A stretch of DNA of 64,000 nt, from the NCBI GenBank assembly GCA_963843145.1, contig CAWJJC010000028.1, forward strand, positions 160,001 to 224,000, written 5' to 3'. This DNA comes from an uncultured delta proteobacterium (GTDB taxonomy: Bacteria > Desulfobacterota > RBG-13-43-22). Below the pieces are notes generated by a model. That model saw only the letters and a list, made by a program, of their open reading frames with translations, did not search any database and was not told the DNA's origin. The stretch's first letter is position 1. The number at the start of each line of letters is the position of its first letter. Below, piece by piece: positions 8,859 to 18,595 of the stretch. Made by a program: the position numbers and the translations under genes.

Positions 8859-10487
8859 ATGTCCAGAGTTTCAGAACTTTTTGTTCAGGCGTTAAAAAAA
8901 GCCGGGGTTGAGCGGGTCTTCGGCATTCCCAGTATTCACAATATCGGCTTATACGATGCCTTGCGCGGGGAACCCGCCATTCAACACATCCTCTGCCGGC
9001 ATGAATCCTGCGCCACCCACATGGCCGACGGGTATGCCCGGGCCGGGAAAGGGGTGGGGGTGGTCATTACCTCCACGGGCCCCGGCGCCGGTTACCTGGT
9101 GGCCCCCCTGGTCGAGGCCTGGGGGAGTTCGTCGCCGGTCCTGGCCATCACGACCAATATTCCCACCAACCAGATCGGACGGGGCACAGGGACGCTCCAC
9201 GAACTGAAAGACCAGGATTTGATTTTCAAAAATATAACCAAGGAGCGGTTTTGCCTTCGGACAGGGGACGATGTCTGGACGATGGTTCCCCAGGCGGTTC
9301 AAACGGCCCTTTCCGGGCGTCCCGGTCCGGTTTATTGTGAAGTCCCGACAGACCTTTGGGATCTGGATCTCCCCGGGGAGGCGGAGGCTCCGCCTGCCAT
9401 GGATCCGGCCCGGGGTCCGGAAGAGTGGTCCGGAGATCTCGATTTAGCGGCGAAGCTCCTCTCTGAGGCCGAACGTCCCGTGATCGTGGCCGGAACGGGC
9501 GCCGTTCGTGCCGGGATCGGGGAGGCGATCCAGGCCCTTTGCCAAGCGATCCAGGCGCCGCTAATCACCAATGCGGAAGGGAAGGGCCTGATCCCTGAAG
9601 ATCAGGAACTGGCTTTCGGCAACGCCGCCCGACGCGGAGTTGTCCGGGAGTACCTGAGGTCCAGCACGATCGCCTTGGCCATCGGGACCCGTCTGCGCGC
9701 CACGGATTTTCATCGGCGGGGCGTGTCTCTGCCCCGACTGATTCAGGTGGACTGGGACGATACCTGGATCGGCAAGAACTATCCCGCCGAAATGCGTATT
9801 ATCGGTGATATCCGAATGATCGCCCGGAGGCTTTCGGAACGGGTCCGATCCAAGACCCCGGGAAACGGAAGCAGCGGAGGGCGGTTCTCAGCCCTGAAGG
9901 ACAAGATCAGGGAAGAACGGAAAACTGTCGCCAAAGAATGCCGGGAGATCGAGTATCTCGATACCCTGCGCCGGGTCCTGCCCCGTGACGGCAGCCTGGT
10001 GGTAGACAATACCCTGCTCGGATACTGGGCCGAGTATTTCTACCATTCCTTAAGGCCCGGCGGTCTGGTGACCGGCAAGGGGTCTTCGATAATCGGTTTC
10101 GGTTTTCCCGCGGCCGTCGGTTTGAAGATCGCCTGTCCCGAACGGACGGTGATCGCGGTGACTGGAGACGGGGGTTTTCTCTACGGGGCCCAGGAACTGG
10201 CCACCTGCCGCCGTCACGGCATCGGCTTTCCCCTGGTCGTGGTTAATGACGGGGCCTACGGGATGATCGCTCTCCTGCAGCGCCAGATCTACGGCCGAGG
10301 CGACTTTGAAACGGACCTGGTTAATCCTGACCTGCCGGCCCTGGCCGCCGCCTTCGGGTTCGGCGCTGAGCGGGTCGCTACCCCTCAAGGGCTGGAACAG
10401 GCCTTACGGTCGGCTTTGGCCTCAAAGGAAATGCGGCTTATCGAACTGGCGGTCTCCTTTCAGGAAAATCCTTTTGCCCGATATTAA
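8859..10487 (+). CDS. thiamine diphosphate-dependent enzyme (acetolactate synthase large subunit-like)
   Basis: VFGIPS, RHE..ATHMADGYAR, GPG, GRPGPV, ThDP motif GDGG...NDGAYG. Confidence 0.88.
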   Translation: MSRVSELFVQALKKAGVERVFGIPSIHNIGLYDALRGEPAIQHILCRHESCATHMADGYARAGKGVGVVITSTGPGAGYLVAPLVEAWGSSSPVLAITTNIPTNQIGRGTGTLHELKDQDLIFKNITKERFCLRTGDDVWTMVPQAVQTALSGRPGPVYCEVPTDLWDLDLPGEAEAPPAMDPARGPEEWSGDLDLAAKLLSEAERPVIVAGTGAVRAGIGEAIQALCQAIQAPLITNAEGKGLIPEDQELAFGNAARRGVVREYLRSSTIALAIGTRLRATDFHRRGVSLPRLIQVDWDDTWIGKNYPAEMRIIGDIRMIARRLSERVRSKTPGNGSSGGRFSALKDKIREERKTVAKECREIEYLDTLRRVLPRDGSLVVDNTLLGYWAEYFYHSLRPGGLVTGKGSSIIGFGFPAAVGLKIACPERTVIAVTGDGGFLYGAQELATCRRHGIGFPLVVVNDGAYGMIALLQRQIYGRGDFETDLVNPDLPALAAAFGFGAERVATPQGLEQALRSALASKEMRLIELAVSFQENPFARY

Positions 10488-10645
10488 CGACCTTCCTTTA
10501 ACATCGGCGGAAGGGTATATTTTTTGGTTGTTCGCCCTTTTAGGTGGGTGGCCACAAGATAGGGTGGATTAACCTGAAAGTGGTTCACTCCTCCTCCTGG
10601 GAGCTGGTGGCCAAGAAAAAAGCGGTCTCCCCGCAAGTCGAAAAG

Positions 10646-10975
10646 ATGAAGGCCCTGCTCAATTCCGTCAACCGCCTGGATGCCCGGTTTTGCGCCATCG
10701 GGATCAACCTGAATCTCATCTTCAGCCCGGAGACGATGCGGGGGAAAACAGGCCGGCAGTCCGTTCAAAACCTGTTGTGGACCTATTTCCGGAGGGGAGG
10801 AATGCAGGTTCAACTCAACGTGATCGATCCATCGTTCCTGATAGCCGCCCGGGACAATCCCTGGGCCTACCCCCACCTCCTGGTCAGGGTATCCGGATAT
10901 TCCGCCTACTTCAACGACCTCCTGCCCGAGATGAAAGAGGAGATCCTCCGGCGCACCTGCGCTCGGGCTTTCTAA
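10646..10975 (+). CDS. stand-alone glycyl radical domain (C-terminal domain of a PFL-family enzyme)
   Basis: YFRRGGMQVQLNV...A..NP..YPHLLVRVSGYSAYF..L...EEILRRT; ORF is open from 10544, likely start 10646. Confidence 0.75.
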   Translation: MKALLNSVNRLDARFCAIGINLNLIFSPETMRGKTGRQSVQNLLWTYFRRGGMQVQLNVIDPSFLIAARDNPWAYPHLLVRVSGYSAYFNDLLPEMKEEILRRTCARAF

Positions 10976-11034
10976 CCTCCTGGTCCGTAGCCCGGTCTAA
11001 AATTTTGTTGCCCAGGGCTTAATTTTGGTATATA

Positions 11035-11055
11035 TGAGAGGTGATTCACCTTTAA
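11035..11055. promoter_or_regulatory. putative TetR operator (autoregulatory)
   Basis: TGAGAGGTGATTCACCTTTAA with core palindrome AGGTGA-T-TCACCT, at the -10/+1 region of tetR; resembles the site at 12390. Confidence 0.6.
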
Positions 11056-11066
11056 GGTACCGTTAA

Positions 11067-12332
11067 ATGCCCCGATCGACTAAAAACCTACCAGCGCGTC
11101 GTTCCTTGAAGTCCAAAGGCCTGAACACCCGGGCCGCGATCCTGGACTCAGCCCAGGAGGTCTTCAGGGATCTGGGGTATTACCAAACCTCCATCTCGGA
11201 AATCACCCGCCGCTGCGGGGTCTCCATCGGGACCTTCTATCAGTATTTCAAGAACAAGGAACAGATTTTCCTGGAACTGAATGACCTGATCATCTCCCGC
11301 TTTTGGGAAAAGGCGGAAGGTTTGCCGCCAGGACTCCGGAGTCTGGAGGAGCGCCTGACCTGGGTGGTTCAGCTCCTCTATGACCATATTTCCAGCCATT
11401 TTTATTTCCACCGCATACTGGGCGAATTTGAACTCATCGATTCGGTAACCATCGGTTACTACGATTCGATTGCCCGCTTCTATCGAAACTTCTTTCGGCA
11501 GGAAGCCGGGCTGGGCACCATTCGTCCTTTTGATCCGAACCTGATCACCTACGGTCTCATCGGGATGGTCTATTTTAATACCCTGGATTGGGGACCGAAA
11601 ACCGAAGCCTACCGGTCGGACCGCTTGGTCGCCCTGACGGTAGAGCTAATTCTACAGGGAATCAGTGGAACCAAGCCGTGGGGCCGGCCCAAGGATCTGT
11701 CGTCCTCCTCCTTGGTGCGGAAACCGGAAGACATTCCGGAGGCGGAGGAGGACGGTGCTCAGGGTCAGATGACCAAGCGGGCCTTATTCCAGGCCGCCGA
11801 AACCGTATTTGGTCAGTACGGGTTCAACCGGGCCACTATTTCCGAGATTACCCGTTCGGCGGGGGTGGCCCAAGGGACCTTTTACATTTACTTCAAAAGC
11901 AAAAGGAATCTGCTCGAAGGCTTTGTCCGCTATTTGAGCCGGGAATTGCGCTGGACCCTGAAACGGGCCACGGAGGGTCTGGCCGACCGGCGCGATATGG
12001 AGCGGGAGGGCCTGGTGACCTTTTTTCGGTTTCTACGGCAACACAGCCGGATTTACCGGGTGGTGGGGGAAAGTGAAACCGTGGGTCTGGAGACGGGCAT
12101 GTGGTACTATAAAAAGTTGGCCGCGGGCTATGTTTCCGGACTGCGGGAAGGGGTGAAACAAGGGGAGATTCGAACGTTGCCGGTGCCTTTTCTGGCGCGC
12201 TCCCTCATGGGGCTTAATCACCTGATCGGTTTAAAGTGGTTGGTTTGGAATTCCTATCCCCAGGTGGAACTTCCCCCGGCGCTCTTAAATGAATTAGCCC
12301 AATGGGTATTGGAGGGTCTCAAGGTTCCCTGA
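11067..12332 (+). CDS. TetR/AcrR family regulator with two tandem TetR units
   Basis: Two HTHs: GYYQTSISEITRRCGVSIGTFYQYFKNKE and GFNRATISEITRSAGVAQGTFYIYFKSK. Confidence 0.9.
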   Translation: MPRSTKNLPARRSLKSKGLNTRAAILDSAQEVFRDLGYYQTSISEITRRCGVSIGTFYQYFKNKEQIFLELNDLIISRFWEKAEGLPPGLRSLEERLTWVVQLLYDHISSHFYFHRILGEFELIDSVTIGYYDSIARFYRNFFRQEAGLGTIRPFDPNLITYGLIGMVYFNTLDWGPKTEAYRSDRLVALTVELILQGISGTKPWGRPKDLSSSSLVRKPEDIPEAEEDGAQGQMTKRALFQAAETVFGQYGFNRATISEITRSAGVAQGTFYIYFKSKRNLLEGFVRYLSRELRWTLKRATEGLADRRDMEREGLVTFFRFLRQHSRIYRVVGESETVGLETGMWYYKKLAAGYVSGLREGVKQGEIRTLPVPFLARSLMGLNHLIGLKWLVWNSYPQVELPPALLNELAQWVLEGLKVP

Positions 12333-12358
12333 AAAAAATTGGGCCCCCTATTTTTTTA

Positions 12359-12410
12359 TTGACAGCCAAAGGAGCCGCTGATAAATATCTGACAGTTGGT
12401 TCACCTGTCA
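12359..12410 (+). promoter_or_regulatory. sigma-70 promoter plus putative TetR operator
   Basis: TTGACA (12359), 17 nt spacer, TAAATA, then palindrome TGACAGTTGGTTCACCTGTCA (12390-12410). Confidence 0.65.
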
Positions 12411-12446
12411 GTTTCTAAAACAAATTATCAACCTGGGAATTGATCC

Positions 12447-13193
12447 GTGTTCGATCTTGAGGGTAAAATCGCAGTCATTACCGGGGCCAGCTCCGGCATA
12501 GGCGCCGCCCTGAGCAAAGGATTTTCACGGGCCGGGGCCCGGGTTACCCTGGCGGCCCGTAGAAAAGAAAAGCTGGAAGCGGTGGCCGCCGAATGCTCCG
12601 GTGAACACCTCAGCGTCACGGCCGATGTAACCGACCCCCAAGGCCGCCGGGATATTCTGGAAAAAACGCTGGAACGTTGGGGACGAGTGGATATCCTGGT
12701 CAACAATGCCGGACGCGGGGCCTACGGCCCTTTTGGGGATACTAGCGAAGAACAGTGGCGGCGGCTGTTTGAAATCAACTTCTTCGCCCCGGTGCTGCTG
12801 ACCCGGGAGGTCCTGAAAATTATGCAGGCCCAGGGGGAAGGGCTCATCATCAACCTGGCCTCCATCGGGGGATTGCTGGCCCATTCCGACAAAGTATCCG
12901 CCTACGTGGCCAGCAAACACGCACTCCTGGGCTTTTCCCGCGGGTTGGCCAGAGACCTGGCCGGAACGGGTATCCGCCTCCTGGCCATCTGCCCCCACCT
13001 GACCGCCACCGAATTCTTCAGCGTCTCTTCGGGGACCAAGGAGATGGCCCCGGCGATTCAAAAATACCAAAGCGTTATGGACACCCCCGAGGAAGTTGCC
13101 CGGGGCATTCTGGATCAACTAGATTCTGACCACCTGGTAATTTTCCCTACGGACAAACCGGCCCGGGTCTATGAGAAGCAAAGGGACATATAA
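12447..13193 (+). CDS. SDR family oxidoreductase
   Basis: TGASSGIG, NNAG, YVASK. Confidence 0.9.
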   Translation: MFDLEGKIAVITGASSGIGAALSKGFSRAGARVTLAARRKEKLEAVAAECSGEHLSVTADVTDPQGRRDILEKTLERWGRVDILVNNAGRGAYGPFGDTSEEQWRRLFEINFFAPVLLTREVLKIMQAQGEGLIINLASIGGLLAHSDKVSAYVASKHALLGFSRGLARDLAGTGIRLLAICPHLTATEFFSVSSGTKEMAPAIQKYQSVMDTPEEVARGILDQLDSDHLVIFPTDKPARVYEKQRDI

Positions 13194-13326
13194 ACTAAAG
13201 TATCTTATAAACGTGATGGTATTGTTTAAATTCGAAATCCGAAGCACGAAATTCGAAACAAACGGCAAAATTCAAAACTCAAATAACCGAAACAACTTCC
13301 CCTGATACAAACTTTAACTGGACAGG

Positions 13327-14079
13327 TTGGTATTGAAGACTAAGTTTGTAGAAACAGCTCTGGTGGTGGGCGGCGGATCCGGTCTGGGCCGGGCAGCAGC
13401 CGAGGCCTTAGGAATGCGGGGTATCGAGGTCTTGGTAGCCGATCTCCGGTTGGAAGCCGCCCGGGATACGGTTCAAGTCATCCGGAAGACGAGCGGCCGG
13501 GCGGACGCTTTCCCGGTGGACGTCTCCAGCAGTGAATCCGTCCGAGAGCTGTTCGGTGCCCTGAGAAGACAGACCGAACGGTTGGATTTAATGGTCCATA
13601 CCGCCGCTATCCTGGGACGAACCGCGTTTATCGAGGACTTGGATGATGATGAGTGGCGCCGGATGATGTCCGTCAACCTGGACGGCGTGTTTTATTGTTG
13701 CCGGGAGGCGGTGCGTTGGATGAAAGAATACCGGACCGGCCGTCTCCTCCTGTTCAGTTCCGTAGCTTCGCTGACCCCGACGCCGGGTTCCCTGCATTAC
13801 AGCGTCTCCAAAGGCGGCGTGAATATGCTGGGCAAAACCTTGGCCCGGGAGGTGGCCAAATACAATATTCGGGTCAACCTGATCGCGCCGGGGTATGTCA
13901 AGACCCCCATGTTGACCGGGCTCCCGGAAGGCTTTGAGGAGCAGGTACTCAAGAAAACACCCCTGAAACGACTGGGTGAAGCCGGGGAGATCGCCGGGTT
14001 GGTGGCCTATCTGGCCTCTCCGGAGGCAGACTTCTTTACCGGGCAGATTATCAGCCCCAACGGCGGGTGGGTGATTTGA
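13327..14079 (+). CDS. SDR family oxidoreductase (FabG-like)
   Basis: GGGSGLG, YSVSK, IRVNLIAPG, TGQIISPNGG. Confidence 0.9.
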   Translation: MVLKTKFVETALVVGGGSGLGRAAAEALGMRGIEVLVADLRLEAARDTVQVIRKTSGRADAFPVDVSSSESVRELFGALRRQTERLDLMVHTAAILGRTAFIEDLDDDEWRRMMSVNLDGVFYCCREAVRWMKEYRTGRLLLFSSVASLTPTPGSLHYSVSKGGVNMLGKTLAREVAKYNIRVNLIAPGYVKTPMLTGLPEGFEEQVLKKTPLKRLGEAGEIAGLVAYLASPEADFFTGQIISPNGGWVI

Positions 14080-14211
14080 GACGAAAACAAGAATATTGAA
14101 TATCGAACGCCGAATATCGAATTTCGAAGTTTTCTTCTTGTTCCTTCGTCCTTCGAAATTCTCATGCTTCGGGAGTGCCCGCAGAGGGCCTGAGGGCAAA
14201 AGAGAAAACCA

Positions 14212-15027
14212 ATGTCGAAAAAATATTCCTTATTGCTGGTCGAGTACCGGGAAGACATCTGCTGGCTGACCGTCAATCGGGTGAAAGACCGGAATTCCAT
14301 CAACACGGCGCTCATGGCTGAACTGGACCAGGCGCTGACGGAGGCGGAGGGTACCCCGGCCCGGGCGGCGGTGATTACCGGGGCCGGCAAGACCTATTTT
14401 ATCGGCGGGGCCGACGGCGTCGAAATGATGCAGTGCCACCCCGACGAAGCCGCGGCCTTTTCCAGCCGCATTCAAAATTTATTTGACCGGATGGAGGCCA
14501 GCCCCTTGCTCCTAGTGGCGGCGATCAACGGCCTCTGTTTCGGGGGCGGCTATGAATTGGCCCTGGCCTGCGATTTCCGCATCGCCGGGGACCGGGCCCG
14601 GATCGGGCTTCCCGAGGTGAAGGTGGGGTTGATCCCGGGCGGGGGAGGGACCCAGCGTCTGCCCCGGGTGGTGGGTCTGGGCCGGGCCTTGGAGATGATC
14701 TTGAGCGGGCGCCTTTACCCGGCCAAAGAGGCCCTGGCGCTGAATCTGATTCATTCCCTGGTTCCGGGCGAAGACCTCCTGGGTGAAACGGCCAAATTTC
14801 TTAAGCCTATCTTTAAAAGCCCGGCCTACGCCCTGGCTCAGGCCAAAAGGGCCGTCCGGATTTCCCAGGACCGGCCGCTTTCAGAGGGGCTTCGCGTGGA
14901 AACCGAGGAGTTCCGGAAGTGTTTTGATCATCCGTTTTTTGTCGAGCTTATGTGTCAGCAGATCAAAACCGGGGTCCTGCCCTCTACGGCGTTGCCGCCC
15001 AAGGGACTCTGTCGGGAAAAGGGGTGA
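14212..15027 (+). CDS. enoyl-CoA hydratase/isomerase family protein
   Basis: GGAD, AINGLCFGGGYELALACD, PEVKVGLIPGGGGTQRLPR. Confidence 0.9.
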   Translation: MSKKYSLLLVEYREDICWLTVNRVKDRNSINTALMAELDQALTEAEGTPARAAVITGAGKTYFIGGADGVEMMQCHPDEAAAFSSRIQNLFDRMEASPLLLVAAINGLCFGGGYELALACDFRIAGDRARIGLPEVKVGLIPGGGGTQRLPRVVGLGRALEMILSGRLYPAKEALALNLIHSLVPGEDLLGETAKFLKPIFKSPAYALAQAKRAVRISQDRPLSEGLRVETEEFRKCFDHPFFVELMCQQIKTGVLPSTALPPKGLCREKG

Positions 15028-15032
15028 AGAAA

Positions 15033-15605
15033 ATGAAGGTCTTGGGCATCAGCGGGAGTCTGCGCGATCAAAGCAATACCCTTTATTATGTCGAAACGGC
15101 CTTGAAAGTATTGGAAGAAGAAGAGATCGAAACGGAGTTGATTTCGTTGCGGGATAGGGAAATCAAGCCCTGCACCGGTTGTTATGACTGTCAGACCCAG
15201 GGGTTCTGCACCATCACGGGGGATGATTTTGAAGAAATCTTCACCCGAATGTGCCGGGTCGAAGGACTGATCCTCGGTTCTCCGGTCTACCTGAGTTCGG
15301 TGGTCCCCCAGATGATGGCCTTGCTTTCCCGGGCCACCTTCGTGTCCTACTGGAACGGCAAATTTTTTAACGGTAAGGTCGGCGGACCGATTACCGTGGC
15401 CCAGCGGGCCGGGCACAATCTGGCCTTCTCCCAGCTTCTGCTCTGGTTCTTTTTTAACGGGCTGATCGTTCCCGGATCGATCTACTGGAATGTGGGGGTG
15501 GCCGGCACCCGGGGGGCCCGCGACGCGGAAAAAGATCTGATCGGTTTGGAGGTGGTTACCACCTTCGCCCGGAATCTGGCCGGGCTGATGAAAAAACTAT
15601 TCTGA
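15033..15605 (+). CDS. flavodoxin-fold iron-sulfur flavoprotein
   Basis: GISGSLR..SNT, CTGCYDC.....C, GSPVY. Confidence 0.85.
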   Translation: MKVLGISGSLRDQSNTLYYVETALKVLEEEEIETELISLRDREIKPCTGCYDCQTQGFCTITGDDFEEIFTRMCRVEGLILGSPVYLSSVVPQMMALLSRATFVSYWNGKFFNGKVGGPITVAQRAGHNLAFSQLLLWFFFNGLIVPGSIYWNVGVAGTRGARDAEKDLIGLEVVTTFARNLAGLMKKLF

Positions 15606-15617
15606 GGACGGCGGCGG

Positions 15618-17144
15618 ATGATGGAAGCGCAAGGAATCGGTTTCTGGCTGACCAAGCGGGCCTTTTTGAATGGCAACCGGGAGGCTTTGGTGGACGGGAG
15701 ACACCGGCTCAGCTACCGGGAACTCAATAGCCGGGTCAACCGGCTTTCCCGGGCCCTTCAGGCCCAAGGCCTGAAGCCGGGCGACCGTTGCGCGCTGCTG
15801 GCCTATAACTGCCTGGAATATGTCGAGGTGATTTTTGCGACGGCCAAGCTGGGACTGCTGCTGGTGCCCTTGAACTGGAGGCTTTCCCCGGCCGAACTGG
15901 CCTTCAATCTCTCCGACAGCGGGACCGAAACGCTGATTTTTGACCCGGGGTTTGCGGAGGTGGTTCAGGGCCTGGTCGGTCAAACCCCGCTCCGGCGCCG
16001 GCTGATTCTGGGGGAGGAAGAGACGACCGGCGCCCCGGCTTATGAAAAGGTTCTGGCCGGGCAATCCGAGCAGGAGCCGGAACTCGCCGAACCGGTTGGC
16101 CTGGAAACTCCCCATATCATCATGTACACCGCCGGCACTACCGGCCGACCCAAGGGAGCCGTGCTGACCCAGGGGGCCAGTTTTTGGAATGCCGTCAACC
16201 TGGAAATGGACCTCTATTTCACTCCCCGGGATCGAAACCTATTGGTCTTGCCCATGTTTCATATCGGAGGTATCGGGTTGTTCACCCTGCCGATGCTGTA
16301 CGCGGGGGGTACGGTGGTCATCCAGCGCACTTTCGAACCGACCGAAACCTTAAGGCTGCTTCAAGAAGAGAACATCACCTTGTTTTTCGGTGTGCCGGCC
16401 GTCTTTTTGTTTTTGATCCAGCATTCGGATTTCCAGGCCCGGGCCTTCGAGAAGATCCGCCTGGTCATGAGCGGCGGGGCGCCCCTGCCGGTCAGCCTGG
16501 TTGAGCAGTACCACCGGGCGGGCATCGTGCTCCAGCAGGGTTTCGGCATGAGCGAGGCGGCCCCCAGCATTGCGACTTTGGGAAAGGATCGGGCCCTCCG
16601 CAAGGCCGGCTCCATCGGCCGGGCCCTGTTTCATGTCGAGTCCCGGATAGTGGACGACGATCTCAAGGACGTGCCGACGGACGCCGTGGGGGAACTGGTC
16701 ATCCGGGGGCCCAACCTGATGCGAGGCTACTGGAACCGGCCGGAGGCTACGGCGGAGGCTTTGGCCGGTGGCTGGTTTCATACCGGCGATCTGGCCCGGA
16801 TGGACGAGGAGGGTGACCTGACCATCGTGGAGCGCAAAAAGGACATGTTCATCTCCGGCGGGGAAAATGTGTATCCGGCCGAGGTGGAAAACGTCCTCTT
16901 CGAGCTATCCCCGGTTTCCGAGGCGGCGGTGATAGGTCTTCCCGATAAAAAATGGGGTGAGGTCGGCCTGGCCGTGGTGGTTCTCAAGGAGGGGCAACCT
17001 TTGGGCGAGGCGGAGATCCTCGATCACCTCCGGGGCCGGCTGGCCAAGTACAAGATTCCCAAGCAAGTGGTCTTTATCGACCGCTTGCCCCGCAATGCGG
17101 CCGGCAAGGTCTTGAAAACCGAGCTCCGGGATAGGCTGAAGTGA
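15618..17144 (+). CDS. acyl-CoA synthetase (FadD/MenE-like)
   Basis: YTAGTTGRPKG, GFGMSE, FHTGD, SGGENVYPAEVE, PRNAAGK. Confidence 0.9.
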   Translation: MMEAQGIGFWLTKRAFLNGNREALVDGRHRLSYRELNSRVNRLSRALQAQGLKPGDRCALLAYNCLEYVEVIFATAKLGLLLVPLNWRLSPAELAFNLSDSGTETLIFDPGFAEVVQGLVGQTPLRRRLILGEEETTGAPAYEKVLAGQSEQEPELAEPVGLETPHIIMYTAGTTGRPKGAVLTQGASFWNAVNLEMDLYFTPRDRNLLVLPMFHIGGIGLFTLPMLYAGGTVVIQRTFEPTETLRLLQEENITLFFGVPAVFLFLIQHSDFQARAFEKIRLVMSGGAPLPVSLVEQYHRAGIVLQQGFGMSEAAPSIATLGKDRALRKAGSIGRALFHVESRIVDDDLKDVPTDAVGELVIRGPNLMRGYWNRPEATAEALAGGWFHTGDLARMDEEGDLTIVERKKDMFISGGENVYPAEVENVLFELSPVSEAAVIGLPDKKWGEVGLAVVVLKEGQPLGEAEILDHLRGRLAKYKIPKQVVFIDRLPRNAAGKVLKTELRDRLK

Positions 17145-17177
17145 ATTTGTGATAATCTTTAAAAAAGGAGGAGAACC

Positions 17178-18378
17178 ATGGATGTGAGAAGAATGGTATC
17201 GATGTTGACAGCGACAGCTTTGGTGTGTGGTTTGTTGGTTTCCGGGGCACTGGCCGCGGATCCGATCAAGATCGCCCAGGTCGTGGGCGCGACCGGACCT
17301 CTGGAGGCCTATGCCAAACAATCCATCAACGGGTTTCAGTTGGGCCTGGAATACGCCACCAAGGGCACTATGACGGTCCTGAATCGTCCCCTGAAGGTTA
17401 TCATCAAGGATACCCAGGGGAAGCCCGAGGTGGGCAAGCAGATGCTGACCGAGGCGTTTAAGGATGATAAGGCCGACCTGGCGGTGGGCGGGGTGTCCTC
17501 GGCCGTGGCCCTGGCCATGCTCCCGGTGGCCAAGGAGTTCAAAAAGGTATTGATCGTCGAGCCGGCAGTGGCGGATTCCATCACTGGTTCGGACTGGAAC
17601 CGGTATATCTTCCGCACCGGTCGGAATTCTTCTCAGGATGCCATCTCCAACGCCGTGACCATAGCCAAACCCGGAGTGGTCATCGCCACCTTGGCTCAGG
17701 ACTATGCCTTCGGCCGGGACGGGGTGAAGGCCTATAAGGAGGCGGCGGAGGCCAAGGGGGCCAAGGTCGTCCATGAGGAATTCGCGCCCATCAATACCAC
17801 GGATTTTACCGCTCCGGTCCAGCGGATCATCCAGGCCTTGAAAGACCAGAAAGGGCGATAAATATCTCTTTATCATCTGGGCCGGCAAGGGCAATCCCTT
17901 CTCCATTGCCGAGATGAAACTGGATGAGAAATACGGGATCAAAATCAGCACCGGCGGCAACATTCTTGCGGCCTTGGCCCTATACAAGCCGTTGGTGGGG
18001 ATGAAGGGGGCCATCTACTATTACTATGAGATCCCCAAAAATCCCATCAATGACTGGTTGGTGAAGGAACACGAGAAGCGGTTTCATTCGCCGCCGGACT
18101 TCTTTACCTGCGGGGGCTTTTCAGCGGCCATTGCCGTGGTCAATGGGTTGACCAAGGCCGGTTCCACCGACAGCGAGAAGCTGATCTCCGCCCTGGAAGG
18201 AATGCACTTTCAGACCCCCAAGGGGGAAATGGTTTTTCGGCCCGAAGATCACCAGGCCCTCCAATCCATGTATGCCTTCAAAATCAAGGTGGATCCCAAC
18301 GTCAAATGGGCCATACCGGAATTGGTTCAGGAATTCACCTGGAAGGATATGAACATCCCCATCCACAACAAGAAGTAA
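17178..18378 (+). pseudogene. ABC transporter substrate-binding protein (Liv/PBP1 type) split by a +1 frameshift near 17850
   Basis: Signal peptide and PBP1 sequence to ...LKDQK; continues in another frame as GDKYLFIIWAGKGNPF...; one extra base in CAGAAAGGGCGATAA. May be an assembly error. Confidence 0.8.
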
Positions 18379-18386
18379 ACTCGGGC

Positions 18387-18421
18387 GCCGCGGCGCCTCC
18401 ATATACGGGAGGCGCCGCGGC
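18387..18421. repeat. GC-rich hairpin after the binding-protein gene
   Basis: GCCGCGGCGCCTCC-ATATACG-GGAGGCGCCGCGGC, 14-bp perfect stem. Confidence 0.65.
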
Positions 18422-18457
18422 ATCCTCGAAGCATGAAACAGGAACGTTTTTAATCGG

Positions 18458-18554
18458 GTCATTGCGAGGAGTGAAGCGACGAAGCAATCCCCCTAAGGGT
18501 TTGGGACTTCCCGCAGGCACATCAGGGGGATTGCTTCGCATCGCTCGCAATGAC
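18458..18554. repeat. REP-like palindromic element (GTCATTGCGAG...CTCGCAATGAC)
   Basis: Arms GTCATTGCGAGGAGTGAAGCGACGAAGCAATCCCC and GGGGATTGCTTCGCATCGCTCGCAATGAC; truncated second copy at 24840. Confidence 0.8.
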
Positions 18555-18595
18555 TATGGGAGTGGGGTTATTTTCGAACCAAACTGGAGCCGGCG

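Noticed and set aside
17859-17861. Stop-codon readthrough (Sec/Pyl) in the binding protein
   Set aside because: The stop is TAA and the continuation is in a different frame.
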